A DNA stretch of 64,000 nucleotides from assembly GCA_964106915.2 (NCBI GenBank), contig OZ066916.1; one strand, 5' to 3'. The DNA comes from Podarcis gaigeae (taxonomy: Eukaryota). This document shows, piece after piece, positions 23,826-37,490 of the stretch; position 1 is the stretch's first letter, and every line of letters begins with the position of its first letter. The position numbers were made by a program, and so were the translations under genes. The notes below the pieces were generated by a model, which worked only from the letters and a program-made list of their open reading frames with translations, had not been told where the DNA came from and did not search any database.

Positions 23826-24483
23826 CAGGGCCGTCTTTAGCATATGCACCGACGGGGTACAAAGATCCACCCAGCATCCCCAAATTTTGACACGACTGAT
23901 CTCCTGACTAACTACTTCCCACGTTCCCACCTGGGGAAAGGCAAGCGCCAGGCAAGCTCTGCACATGCCCTGGGTGAAAACTGTGTTGCATGTAGGATGG
24001 AGCCATGGAAAAGCCATGTGGAGTGCAGCTCTGCACGCCGGGCTCCAAAGCCCAGCCCAGCCCAGCCTGGGGCTGCATGGCGGGGCTCCTTACATTTCTC
24101 CTTCCTCTCTGGCTGCCTGTTTGGAGCAGCGGGTCAAGGTTGGTCATGCTGGGGGCAGTGTGGAGCATTCTCCTCTGGCATGCCTGGTGCACATGGACAG
24201 TGGCGGTGGCTCACAGATTGGCTGTGCCAGACGGAGGAGCGTTGCATAGTTGGAGCGAGGTGAATCACCACGGGCCCCGTGGCTGAGCAGCCTGGGGAAA
24301 GCGCCAGGATAGGGAGTGGCCTTGCACCACCTTCTCCGCCAAATCCGGCCAATGCAAATTTGGAGCGCTGCTGGAGTCCAGCCGCACAGCCACCGGGGTA
24401 TGGTAGGAGGCAGCCTGGAATCCCCCAGAATTCTGCGCCCGGGTCCCCCGCACCCCTTGCACCCCAGGGTAAAGATGGCCCTG
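23826..24483. mobile_element. Non-autonomous hAT transposon (658 bp, GC-rich)
   Basis: TIR CAGGGCCGTCTTTA / TAAAGATGGCCCTG and a perfect 8-bp TSD TAGATGAA (23818-23825, 24484-24491). Confidence 0.9.
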
Positions 24484-27400
24484 TAGATGAAATACACAGC
24501 AGGCATCACCCATGAAGAGGCATGTTGTGGAAGAAAGAAGGCGGAATGCACCTACACCACCCACTCTTTTAAAAACACATTCATTTTTATAAACAAAAAA
24601 ATAGAAGCCTGGAGCCAATAAATCAGGGTCAGTTTTTAATAAAACTGCTAACGCTAAGGGAGCAGCAAGGGATAAGAAGCTGCCCTTGTGAATGCACCCA
24701 TTACTGGTTGTGTTTAGGAGCCAAACCCTTGAGACCGTTCTTCTGAGACCTCATATGTAACTCAGAACTCAATGATCTTGTCAAGAGCTTTCCAGGACTA
24801 ACTTAACAAGTCCTTGGATTTGAAAGTCATTTTATTCTGCTGACCCACATGAAGAGCAATCGTGTGTACAAGACGCAATAAATCTGAGCATCACATTCCA
24901 AGTGACAGAGGATTTTGAAAGGGGCCATGCTGCACAAAAACCGGCATTACAGAGCAAGCAGTCCCTGCAGGGAAACAGCTTGCAACGTTGACCGCCCTGG
25001 GAAGCAAGCCTAAGGAATTTATCAAAGAAGCGCAAAGGCTGGGCTTATTACAGTCTTCAGTGGAGCTGGAAATTATGTTGTGGCCTCTTTAAATTAAAGC
25101 GCACCACTATGGGAAAAAGTTATATTGCAGTAACGTGCTACAGCAGCACTCAATGCAGTTTGAGGGAAATAGATTGTGAGGAGTGAAAAGAGCAGCCATC
25201 AGAGCAACCTTCTGGCCCTGGCTGCAGCGTAAACTGTAGCCATTTGGAACCGTCTTGCTTTTAAATGCCTAACACTATACAGAAGCCCTCTTTAAAGTAA
25301 AAGCCTTTGTGGCAGGAGAATCCTCTGCTCGGGCCCACTGAGAGGCATATACCTTTGGTTATTACAAGGTGTAAACAGAGAATGACAGCACATTACCTTA
25401 AAATACACTCACATATTTACAGTCTGGAGGATGGGGTGTATGTATGTATGCATGTATGTACTGCATTTACTGGGCTACAAGGCTCTGAGAGCAACTTACA
25501 GAATAAGTAATAGTATAATGTTGTTTACATGTCAAATTGAAAATAAAGGAACCCTTGAGGAACTCTTGTATACACAACTGACAGATGGATAGTTGGAAGT
25601 CACTTTTACTTATAAATCTCTCTCTTTCTTTATTCTGTCATTATTTTTATCTTCATGTGTATGTGTGTTTTCACCTTTCTTTTCCTTTCCCTTTTTTCCT
25701 TTTCTTTTGATTCTGTCTTGGTCATTTAGTGTATTTTGAAAAGCCTTAATAAAACCATATTAAAGAAAAAAAATCAAAACAGCCAAAAATGATCCATAAC
25801 TTGTTGGGGGCACGGGGAAGAATGAGAAGGGTGCTGGACAAAGCAACTAGTTTTATCAGCAGGACACTACCTGGGGAAGAGACTGCCAGTGTGCTGGACT
25901 GGTTAAAGTGTCAGACAAGGGCTGGGGAGAACCCAGGTTCAACCCACACACTCAGACATAAAGCTCAGAGGGGTGGCTTTTGGCCAGCCACCATATTGCA
26001 ACCTAATCTACCTTATGGGGTTGTTGTTAGGGGCAAATGTGGGAGAAGAACCATGTATGCCAACTTGAGCTCACTGGTGAAAATGCAGGATGTAAATATA
26101 ATAAAACAAAACAAAAATTTAAAAACTAAGGTTCCCTCTCTTCTTCTGAGTGGCCCTCTGGCACAGCTGGTGGCTGACAAGCACTGTATAGCAAGAACAC
26201 ATAATGCTGGATATATAATTAAGATATACAGCCAGATTCTATGTGTGGGATCCTGCCTCAAGGGAAGATGTTGGACAATTGCTGTGACCCTCTGGCTATG
26301 CAGTTCTGTTTCTTGGTGGTTCTATTTCATCATTTCCCAAAATGTAAAATAAAAAGGCTGTTGTGTGTAAACATATCAAATTTTTAAAAAATCATCAATA
26401 TTGGCTCAATACCTTTAGTGGCAATTTATTTCTCTTTTAGGTAGTTCAGAAATACATTTTGCTGCTATTGAGGCTTGATTCTTCAGGCGCTGATGCTCAT
26501 CTAGCACAAATCAAATGCTGCCAGAATCATCATCCCCTTACAGAGAGCAACAAGTTAACAACCCATTACATCGCTGCTGAACCTCTTTTCACTCAATGAT
26601 TTGTCATACATTTATAAGCAAAGAGTAGGCACAGCATGATAGCTTTCCTAAGGCAGGCATTTTCATCAAAAGTGAAATAATACAAAATTGCATTTTTCTT
26701 GTCATATCAGAACTGCATAGACAGGGACTGATTAGAACATCACTAAACAACAAGAGGAGACTATTATACCACATGTAATCACATTAAAACCCTCACCCCA
26801 TCTGCCACCCCTTAGTCAACTCATAGAATAAATTATCACCCTGCGGAAGTAAAGGAAACCAATTCTGGCCTTTGACTTGCTGAAAGAAGCTAGGATTTTA
26901 ACAAAATGACTCCAGTTTTGCACACTGCAGGAAACATCACAAAAGCATTTGACCTGCTTTTTGCATTTATGAGACAAAGTGGAGATAGGGAGTTCACATA
27001 TCCCCACCCCAAAGATAAGGTGCATGAACTGAATCACAACTAGAATTTATGTGCCTCCCTTTAGGGAAGGTGGCTGCATTGGTCTTCACTGCAACACCTC
27101 AGAATGGCAAAAGAAGGAAGCAAACCTAGTGGCTGGTTTTTTTTGTTTTTTTTTACCACTCCTTGAAATGTGGCTGGCTGGATCATTTGCAATCCAAAGC
27201 TTGGCTTTAGACACCAGATTGAACACCCTTCAAAAAAAAATCTATCAGCTTGTGCAGAAGATCAAAACCCAGAAAGATCAAGGAGGAAAAGGAAATGAAT
27301 ATTGACATCCATTAGTGAAAGTATCAAAAAGGAATATGGTGTGAAATGAGATTGGGGTGAGGGAGGCTGAGAAATGAACACTTGAATCCAATTGTCTTTC

Positions 27401-28705
27401 ATTGACACTTATAGTTGTAATGCTCATAAAACTTGTGAGAAAGAGGGGAATGATCCAGGCCTCCTTGGGGGCAGAGTGAGCAGCAGCAATGAAGGCATTG
27501 TTGCCTAGACCTCCAATGGATAAAATCAGATCCTGGCCCCTAATTTATTCTGAAGGCTGGGTACCTAAGGTCAGTTTTGAAATCTGACCTTGTGGTCAAG
27601 GCTCTAAAGTTCTGATGAAAAGCATGCACCCCATGAGTCATGTCTTCACTGAGGCTCTTCAGAGTGGCTCCCTAGGCTGTTGTTAGAAATTTATAATTTT
27701 TAAATATAAAAAACAGTAAGCCTACTGTGGTGCCCTGTGAATGAGCGTTTGAAGCCCTGCCTTCACCAGCAGACTCCTCCACAGCCTAGCACAGGAGTAG
27801 GGTCCTCCCAGAGCTACTGAACTACAACTCCCATCAGCCCTAGCAAGCATGGGCCAGGGATGGTGTTGTAGTTGAGCAACATCTGGGGTGCCAAAAGTTC
27901 CCCATGCCTGGACTAGCCACAGAAAATATTGGCCTCATCAGGAGGGGGCAGAACTAAAGCTGGACCCTCCCCAGTTGTCACCTAGCCACCTCACACTGTC
28001 ACCTTAGCTAAATTCAGAAACATCCTTTTCAGATAATGCCAGAGCCCCACACCATGAAGTCAGAGAATGACTTGGGCTCCCCTATATCCTAATGCTGCTT
28101 CAGTGTGCCATCACCCATGGGGTGGAGAGGAGCTCCCAGTCTGGTTGGCAGTCCCCAGCTGCACCCACAAGCTCTGAATAATTTGTTGCATCTACTTTAG
28201 ATTTCAGTTCTGCCCAGTTCCAACACCCAACTCACACAAACAAACAGGCCAGTAGTGGTCTTTAAATCCAAATTATGTTGAGGCTGGTGCACATAGTAAA
28301 GCAGCTGCCTAGGGTGATGGAATCCTGCTGGGTGGCAAACTTTGACTGACTGAATGTTCTATGGCCTTCCAAATGTGATTTGGGGAGGGGAGTTATTGGT
28401 TTGTTTTCATTTTTTTCCTGGTGTATATTGTGTTCTCATTTCATGTTTTTATGTTGTGAACTGCCCTGTGATCTTCAGATGAAGGGAGGCATACAAATTT
28501 AATTAATGATGATGATGCTGGCATGAGACATATTTTGAGGCTCCAGCATGGGCAAAACACCTGTCAGAGTTTCAATATGACTACCAAAGCTCATCAGGAG
28601 AATTTTGCACTCTTAAGTTGTCCCGCAAAATGAAATTTTGGAAGACCCCAAATGTGCTCTATGGGGTCCAAAAGACACATAGGCAACTTCCTCTTTTTAA
28701 AAATA

Positions 28706-28931
28706 CAATGGTACCTTGGGTTAAGTACTTAATTTGTTCCGGAGGTCCGTTCTTAACCTGAAACTGTTCTTAACCTGAAGCACCACTTCAGCTAATGGGG
28801 CCTCCTGCTGCCGCCGTGCCGCCGGAGCACGATTTCTGTTCTCATCCTGAAGCAAAGTTCTTAACCCGAGGTACTATTTCTGGGTTAGCAGAGTCTGTAA
28901 CCTGAAGCGTATGTAACCCGAGGTACCACTG
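28706..28931. mobile_element. Tc1/mariner MITE, same family as 15009-15253 in the opposite orientation
   Basis: TIR CAATGGTACCTTGGGTTA / TAACCCGAGGTACCACTG, TA TSD. Interior is the reverse complement of the 15009 copy. Confidence 0.88.
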
Positions 28932-31900
28932 TACAGCAAGCAAGCTTTCAAGTTATGCAGAAGTCTTCTTCAAATTTTGTTAGAGTGAAATAATTGCCAT
29001 ATAACCAGGGTCACGTTAACCTATCCAAGTTTGCTCCTTTTTCAAAACTTTAGCGCAAGAGATTGGAGCACACTCTTAAATTAATTAGATTACAAAGAGA
29101 CAGGCTGTACCGTAAGGGATTCAATTTGCAAAAATATCTGGAAGCAAAGTAGTGAATAAGAAATTTATATATATTGCCTCTGAGAATACAACCACAAAAT
29201 ATAAATAGGGTACTTTTGCATTTCCAGTACTGTTTGGGCCACACAAAATCCTTAGAAAGTAAAGAACAGGTAAGCAAAGCATAGTAGTCATTATATCAAA
29301 AAAGCTGGAGATTGCTTTTAGAAAGCACACAAGGGTAGAGAGTCAAGTGAAGTCAAATTTGATGGTGCTTACACAGTATTACCCAGAAAGCTGGTGGAAA
29401 TGAACACTGCTCTCCTCAAGCACTTCACTCACCTGGACCTCACAAAATTGCATCCCATTTTTTAGCCACTTGTGCAGTAGGATGCTTAGAGACATACTGT
29501 TCTTGTTCAATTAGGCCCAGGGAGTTCTTTTGACCACAGTAAAGATTGATTCTGGAATTGTGTGTTAGCTGAGACTCCCTAATTCACTTTGGCCTCTTTT
29601 GTCTATTGGTATTATACCACTATTTGGACATTAGTATGGCTTGATCCCTAACAGCTCTTCCCACTTTTCACAAACTAAATCTTTGATTCCTGTGCTCAAC
29701 CAGCTTTATAGCTGTCTGCCTTTTGAAGTGTTCTGGGAACACAGATGAGGCAATCTAATTCCTTATCTTCATGGGAGCCTTGACTTTCACCTCTGGCTTC
29801 CCGTTGAGTGATTTTGGAGCAGCTAAAATATGGTATTTTCAGTCTAGTCATGAGCAGAGATGGAAAGGTTCTCTGTTTGGCCAAAGATCCTGAGTTCATT
29901 ATCTTTTCTTTCTTAACAAGGTCTCATTTTGTTTCCTTCAAGTTTGAATTTCTTCAGGTCATTAATATAAAAAAACCTCACATCTTTTTACAAATAATAT
30001 ACTGAAAATGAATTCATTATCCTGGACAGGGACAATTTTAAACAGTGTCAGCACCAGTTACACCTCAGTTAAAATCTTCTAAAATATATTTTAAAGTATT
30101 ATTCTCTGGTGCATTGTAAAGCATGCTACATTTACACACATATGCCCCCTTTTCTATATACTCCAATTTTGCTGGCAAGGAAAATCTGAAAAAAACAGAA
30201 GACCCTTAAAAAGATTTGTAGCATGACATGTCTGTAAAATCTGGTATGTTAGGTATGTATACATTAGGTAATATATTTATTAGGAAGCAAAATCAGGAGA
30301 GGTGAGAAACTGAAACTGAAAGGGGAGTTGGGGTTCTATAAATGTTTCTGAAATTTGTTCTCTGAAAAGTTGCAATGGCCATTGGTCGAAAGCAATGAAA
30401 ACTTAATACACTGTACAGTGAATATTGATGAACATGTGCACTATCCAATTTTTTAAAAAGTTTAAAATTTTCATAATGGTAAATCAGAGAAACAAAACAA
30501 TAGCCACAATCCAACTAGACCTGACATCAAATGTGTGAATGCATTAAATAGGTTTCCCCCCTCCATCCCAAGTAACAGTTGCATGGGGAAGAACAGGATT
30601 GAGACCATGGTGCACAGGTACGGATATTTGCCCTTTCCTCTGTAGTTTCAGTGAAAAGCCCCACCCAAGCCCCAGAGCTGCTATCACCCCCCCCCCCGAT
30701 GGAAAGCTTCCATTGGCGCCAATTGGTTCTTTGTGGATCTAATAGCATCTTCAGGGAGGGAACATTTTAATCAGAACCACAGTGAGAGAAAGGGTTAACC
30801 TCTGTGCTCTTAGCACACCACAGTCCTAATTCTCATCCCAGTAGGTTACATGGGACACATGACAATGTGTCCATTGAAATTAACTTTGCATTGAGTTATT
30901 GCCAATAGCTGGCTTTGAATAAGCTGTGGATGATGATGATGATGATGATTAACCAAATTAGAGCTCAGCCAAAATTTCTTCAAATACATTTTCCTTAGAA
31001 ACTTTCTCGGGTTTTTCTTGCTCTCATCCAGACCACTGCCCAGAAAAGAAGGTCACTAACTGAATATTCTCTGAGTACTCCACACAGTTGCTGCTGCCGC
31101 TACTTGTAATGACAACCAAAACAAATCAAAACCATTAGAATGGTGCTGCATTACTGCCACTGCTAATAATAAGTCACACCCCTGAAAAACTGTTTTGGAA
31201 TTTCTTCCCCTGGATAAATTTGAAAAAAAAGTCCCACCCCCACCCCCACTCCACTCCATTTCCCTGTCCGCAAATAGCATGGAAAAGTTTGAAAGGTCAT
31301 TTGTACATAGCTCTAGTCCAAATTATATACAATTTACAACTTGTCATGCTGGTTGGTTTGTAGATAGGCATTTTGAGAAATATGACCATTAACACTATAA
31401 AAAAGGGCTTGCCAATGAAGCACAATCAGTACATGACTCTGTACAGTCTACACAGCATGTATTAGAACAAATCATGTGAAAATTAGCTGACATATCTTTA
31501 AGGAGAGGAGTGAGCTGATAAAGATGAAAACTATAAAGAGAACTAATAGTGATGCCTGAATTCACATTGCACAACATTTTCCATCATAATAAATTTCTAT
31601 AGGCTTTTAATGCAAATTAGTTGCTCGTAATGACAGGATGGCCACGAACAATACTAGCACCCTCTACAGATTCTCCGTAGCTATTGCAGATAGGAACCAA
31701 AAAGGTTAGTTATAAGGCCACAAGAGAAAATGGGGAAGTCTAGCAATCAGACCTTACTTAAACAAAAAGCAAATACATTTCCAGAATAGCACTAAAGTTG
31801 ACTTCCAGCAGAGAGGGAATGAGGAATACTGCGCCTCTTTCCAGTCAATAAAACATTTTTCATAGGTCAAAATCGCAAATAGCAGTTGGTAGATCATGAA

Positions 31901-33078
31901 TTCGAAAGAGCTTTAAGCTGTTCGCTAAGGACAGCAATCTATCCACTTAACTTTGGGCAACTAGTTCCTCAAACTTCCATCTGTTTGTTCTTTTTCTATT
32001 ATCTAAAACCAGTTCCAGTTTCTCCTGCCACACATGCCTCTATTGACAGCATCCATCTTTACTAGAGTCCCACAGAAGCCACCACCTGACCGAGTGATTT
32101 ATAGTATCCCTCATGGCAAAGTAAAACACGCAATCATGATGCATCAAGGCTTCCCACAATGAGAAAGAGCTGTCGAGCCCCAAAGGGGCAAAAGCACAAA
32201 TGCAGGTGGAGGAATTTCTAAAGTCCCGGGAAAAAATGCCTGCTGATTGCAACTAGCTTTGGCTTGACTTGCCAATAGTTCTGTCCTCTTAAGCATAAAA
32301 TTGAAATAATGTGGCAGAGTATACTAAAATAGATCTTAACAATAGTGTAAAAGAGCAGAAATCGTATTTAGTTAAAGCAACATAATATGGCCAACTCTGT
32401 CCCTTCGATCTCTGTGCGTCACAAGGATAGCTTCAACTTTCTCCAACACACTTTACACGTTCATATTAAGGTGAAGAGCCTTCAAGTGGGAATAATGTTA
32501 CCTTCTTTGATTTATCTCTCATATCAGTGCAGGCAAGGCCCTGACGCAATCTCACTTTCAGCTGCTGTAGGTGTCTTTCTCAAGCAATAATTCCTGCATT
32601 TCTTCACATGGGTCTTGTGCTCCAGCTCTTTACTATTTAGAGGATATTGCTCTATTCATCCTTAGCTTCATAGCCTCTTTTATGTTTATCTACCACCATT
32701 GCCATATTTCAAGCTGTGCTACTTAAAGATAAGACATTCTGCATCTGATTACCACACTGCTATTTATTTGCTGGCATCTATCCCTCTTGCCATTTGGAAA
32801 TATTTTGCCTGTTTGCTGACAGCTTTCACTACTCTATTATACCAATTGCTGTCACAGAATTAAAAACAGGAACATATCAATGACTCTTGAAGCATAAGCA
32901 TCTAGCCATAGCCAATAGTAGTTTATTTATCTACCAATCTGTTCAGAATTAATACACTGTCAACTATAAAGGTACAGAATAACTCCTGTTATATAGAATG
33001 TGTTGGTGGAAACAGTGGGTAAATCTACCCATTCCTTTCAACATATGTGACATTTTAAAGTCTCCTAGCATTGGAAGG

Positions 33079-33368
33079 AGAATCATATAATCATAGGGTG
33101 GGAAGCCCAACCTCCTGCAATGCTAAAGCATCCATGACAGATGGCCATCCAACTTCTGCCTAAAAACTTTCAATAAAGAAGAGTCCACAACCTCTCAAGG
33201 GAATCCATTCCACTGTCAAAAGTTCTTCCCGATATTAAGTCAGGATCTCCTTCTTTGTAACTTGAAACCATTGGTTTGTGTCCAACCCTCCAGAACAGGA
33301 GAAAACAAGCTTGCTCCATCTTCCATGTGACAGCCCTTAAGATATTTGAAGATGGCTATCCTCTCTCC
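33079..33368 (-). mobile_element. CR1 LINE 3' end (left of the BovB insertion)
   Basis: Degenerate (ATTCTATG)n-type tail (AGAATCATATAATCATAG on +) and typical CR1 3' sequence that resumes after the BovB. Confidence 0.8.
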
Positions 33369-36300
33369 CCCCTTCATGGATCACTGCCTTGCCGTGGCGA
33401 AGGGGCTTGAAGAACTCAGAGAAGCTATGAAATATGCCAAGCAGGGCACCCAAGATGAACAGGTCATAGTGGAGAGTTTTGACCAAACGTGATCCACCTG
33501 GAGCAGGAACTGGCAAGCCACTCCAGTATCCCTGCCAAGAAAACTCCATGGACAAAGGCAACAGACATATAAAAGTTATGACGCTGGAAGATGAGCCCCT
33601 CAGGTCGGAAGGCGTCCAACATGCTACTGGGGAAGAGCGGAGGACAAGTACAAGTAGATTCAGAGCTGATGAAGCGGCTGGGCCAAAGTCGAAAGGACGC
33701 TCAGTTGTGAATATGCCTGGAAGCGAAAGGAAAGTCCAATGCTGTAAAGAAAAATATTGCATAGGAACCTGGAATGTAAGAACCATGAACCTTGGTAAGT
33801 TGATGTGGTCAAAAATGAGATGGCAAGAATAAATATTGACATCCTGGGCATCAGTGAATTAAAATGGACAGGAATGGGTGAATTCAGATCGGATGACCAT
33901 ATCTACTACTGTGGGCAGGAATCCCATAAAAGAAATGGAGTGGCCCTCATAGTCAACAAAAGAGTGGTGAAGGCTGTAATGGGATGCAATCTCAAAAATG
34001 ATAGAATGATCTCGATACGAATCCAAGGCAGACCTTTTAACATCACAGTAATCCAAGTTTATGCACCAACCACTAGTGCTGAAGAAACTGAAATTGACCA
34101 ATTCTATGAAGACTTACAACACCTTATAGAAATGACACCAAAGAAGGATGTTCTTCTCATTATAGGGGATTGGAATGCTAAAGTAGGGAGTCAAGAGATA
34201 AAAGGAACAACTGGCAAGTTTGGCCTTGGAGATCGAAACGAAGCAGGGCAAAGGCTAATAGAGTTCTGCCAAGAGAACAAGCTGGTCATCACAAACACTC
34301 TTTTCCAACAGCACAAGAGACGACTCTACACATGGACATCACCAGATGGGCAGCATCAAAATCAGATTGATTATATACTCTGCAGCCAAAGATGGAGAAG
34401 CTCTATACAGTCAGCAAAAACAAGACCTGGAGCTGACTGTGGCTCAGATCATCAGCTTCTTATAGCAAAATTCAAGCTTAAACTGAAGAAAGTAGGAAAA
34501 ACTACTGGGCCGGTAAGATACAATCTAAGTCAAATCCCTTATGAATACACAGTGGAAGTGAGGAATAGGTTTAAGGATTTAGATTTGGTGGACAGAGTGC
34601 CTGAAGAACTATGGATGGAGGCTCATAACAATATACAGGAGGCAGCAACTAAAACCATCCCAATGAAAAGGAAATGCAAGAAAGCAAAGTGGCTGTCCAA
34701 CGAAGCCTTACAAATAGCGGGGGAGAGAAGGCAAGAAAAATGCGAGAGAGATAGTGAAAGATACAGGAAATTGAATGCAGAGTTCCAAAAAATAGAAAGG
34801 AGAGACAAGAAGGCCTTCTTAAACGAGCAATGCAAAGAAATAGAAGAAAACAATAGAATGGGGAAAACCAGAGATCAGTTCAAGAAAATTGGAGATATGA
34901 AAGGAACATTTCGCACAAAGATTACCATAATAAAAGACAAAAGTGGAAAGGACCTAACAGAAGCAGAAGACATCAAGAAGAGGTGGCAAGAATACACAGA
35001 GGAATTATACCAGAAAGATATGGATGTCTCATATACCCCAGGTAGTGTGGTTGCTGACCTTGAGCCAGACATCTTGGAGAGTGAAGTCAAATGGCCTTAG
35101 AAAGCACTGCTAATAACAAGGCCAGTGGAAGTGATGATATTCCAGCTGAACTATTTAAAATTTTAAACGATTATGCTGTTAAGGTGCTACACTCAATATG
35201 CCAGCAAATTTGGAAAACTCAGCAGTGGCCAGAAGATTGAAGAAGATCAGTCTACATCCCAATCCCAAAGAAGGGCAGTGCCAAAGAATGCTCCAACTAC
35301 CGCACAATTGCACTCATTTCACACGCTAGCAAGGTTATGCTTAAAATTCTACAAGGCAGGCTTAAGCAGTACGTGGACCGAGAACTCCCAGAAGTGCAAG
35401 CTGGATTTCGAAGGGGCAGAGGAACCAGGGACCAAATTGCAAACATGCGCTGGATTATGGAGAAAGCTAGAGAGTTCCAGAAAGACATCTACTTCTGCTT
35501 CATTGAATATGCAAAAGCCTTTGACTGTGTCGACCACAGCAAACTATGGCAAGTTCTTAAAGAAATGGGAGTGCCTGATCACCTCATCTGTCTCCTGAGA
35601 AATCTCTATGTGGGACAAGAAGCTACAGTTAGAACTGGATATGGAACAACTGACTGGTTCAAAATTGGGAAAGGAGTACGGCAAGGCTGTATATTGTCTC
35701 CCTGCTTATTTAACTTATATGCAGAATTCATCATGCGAAAGGCTGGGCTGGATGAATCCCAAGCTGGAATTAAGATCGCCGGAAAAATTATCAACAACCT
35801 CAGATATGCAGATGACACAACCTTGATGGCAGAAAGTGAGGAGGAATTAAAGAACCTTTTAACGAGGGTGAAAGAGGAGAGCGCAAAATATGGTCTGAAG
35901 CTCAACATCAAAAAAAACGAAGATCATGGCCACTGGTCCCATCACCTCCTGGCAAATAGAAGGGGAAGAAATGGAGGCAGTGAGAGATTTTACTTTCTTG
36001 GGCTCCATGATCACTGCAGATGGTGACAGCAGTCACAAAATTAAAAGACGCCTGCTCCTTGGGAGAAAGGCGATGGCAAACCTAGACAGCATCTTAAAAA
36101 GCAGAGACATCACCTTGCCAACAAAGGTCTGTATAGTTAAAGCCATGGTTTTCCCGGTAGTAATGTATGGAAGCGAGAGCTGGACCATAAAGAAGGCTGA
36201 TCGCCGAAGAATTGATACTTTTGAATTATGGTGCTGGAGGAGACTCTTGAGAGTCCCATGGACTGCAAGAAGATCAAACGTATCCATTCTTAAGGAAATT

Positions 36301-36588
36301 AGCCCTGAGTGCTCACTGGAAGGACAGATCGTGAAGTTGAGGCTCCAATACTTTGGCCACCTCATGAGAAGAGAAGACTCCCTGGAAAAGACCCTGATGT
36401 TGAGAAAGATTGAGGGCACAAGGAGAAGGGGATGACAGAGGACGAGATGGTTGGATAGTGTCTTCGAAGCTACCAGCATGAGTCTGACCAAACTGCGGGA
36501 GGCAGTGGAAGACAGGAGTGCCTGGCGTGTTCTGGTCCATGGGGTCACAAAGAGTCGGACACGACTAAACGACTAAGCAACAACAACA
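33369..36588 (+). mobile_element. BovB (RTE clade) LINE, near full-length, disabled by frameshifts and stops
   Basis: APE endonuclease (IGTWNV, LGISE, GDWNAKVG, IDYIL, SDH) and RT (GVRQGCILSP, LRYADD) are spread over ORFs 33479-36435. 3' end GGGGTCACAAAGAGTCGGACACGACT plus a (CAA)n tail. TSD ATCCTCTCTCC / ATCCTATCTCC at 33358-33368 and 36589-36599. Confidence 0.95.
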
Positions 36589-36589
36589 A

Positions 36590-37490
36590 TCCTATCTCCT
36601 CTCACTCTCCTCCTTTCCAGGCTAAACATACCCAGTTCCTTCAAATGGTCCTCATAGGGCTTGGTTTCCACATCCTTGATCATCTTGGTTGCCCTCCTCT
36701 GCATATGTTCCAGCTTGCCAACATCCTTCTTAAATTGTGGCACTCAGAACTGGACAAAGTATTCCAGATGTGGTCTGACCAAGGCATAATAGTGGTACTA
36801 TGACTTCCCTTGATCTGGACACTATACTTCTGTTGATGCAGGCTAGAATAGCATTAGGGTTTTTTTGCTGCTGCATCACACTATTGACTCATGTTAAGCC
36901 TGTGGTCCACTAAGACTCCTAGATCCTTTTCACATGAACTACTGACAATCCAGGTGTTCCCCATCATATATTTGTGCATCTGTTTCTTCCTGCCTAAGTG
37001 CAGAACCTTACATTTGTCCCTACTGAAATTCATTTTGTTAGATTGGAGAACTGGGCCTAAACCATTAAGGTCATTTTGAATCCTGATTCTGTCTTCTGCG
37101 GCATTAGCTACCCCTCCTAGTTTGGTGTCATCTGCAAATTTGATGAGCAGCCCCTCAATTCCTTCATCCAAGTGATTTAGAAAGATGTTGAACAACCGGA
37201 CCCACTTGTCACTTTTTCCAGGATGACGAGGAACCATTAATGAGTGCTCTTTGGGTTTGGTCAGTCAACCAGCTACAAGAAATGAGATTTGTCTGGCATG
37301 ATTTGTTTTTGAGAAACCCATGCTGGGTTTTAGTAATCACAGCATCCTTTTCTAAATCTCACAAACCAACTGTTCTAGGACCTTTCCTGGTATCAATGTC
37401 AAACTCTCCAGTCGGTAATCACCTGGGCCTTCTTTCCCCCCCTTTTTGATGATGGCGGAACATTTGCCCACCTCCAGTCAGGAGGGACCG
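36590..37490 (-). mobile_element. CR1 LINE RT fragment (right of the BovB insertion)
   Basis: Minus-strand peptide LFNIFLNHLDEGIEGLLIKFADDTKLGG...KCKVLHLG...EKDLGVLVDHRLNMSQ is diagnostic of CR1 ORF2. Left boundary approximate to within the TSD, right boundary approximate. Confidence 0.9.

Noticed and set aside
25789-26352. 187-aa plus-strand ORF
   Set aside because: Runs through a decayed SINE-like segment (about 25880-26100) and has no domain or coding-like composition.
30010-30040. TTCATTATCC word resembling part of ALK exon 2 (WIMK) on the minus strand
   Set aside because: Flanking codons do not give the WNLTW or DSFPFL residues and no convincing exon frame is present.
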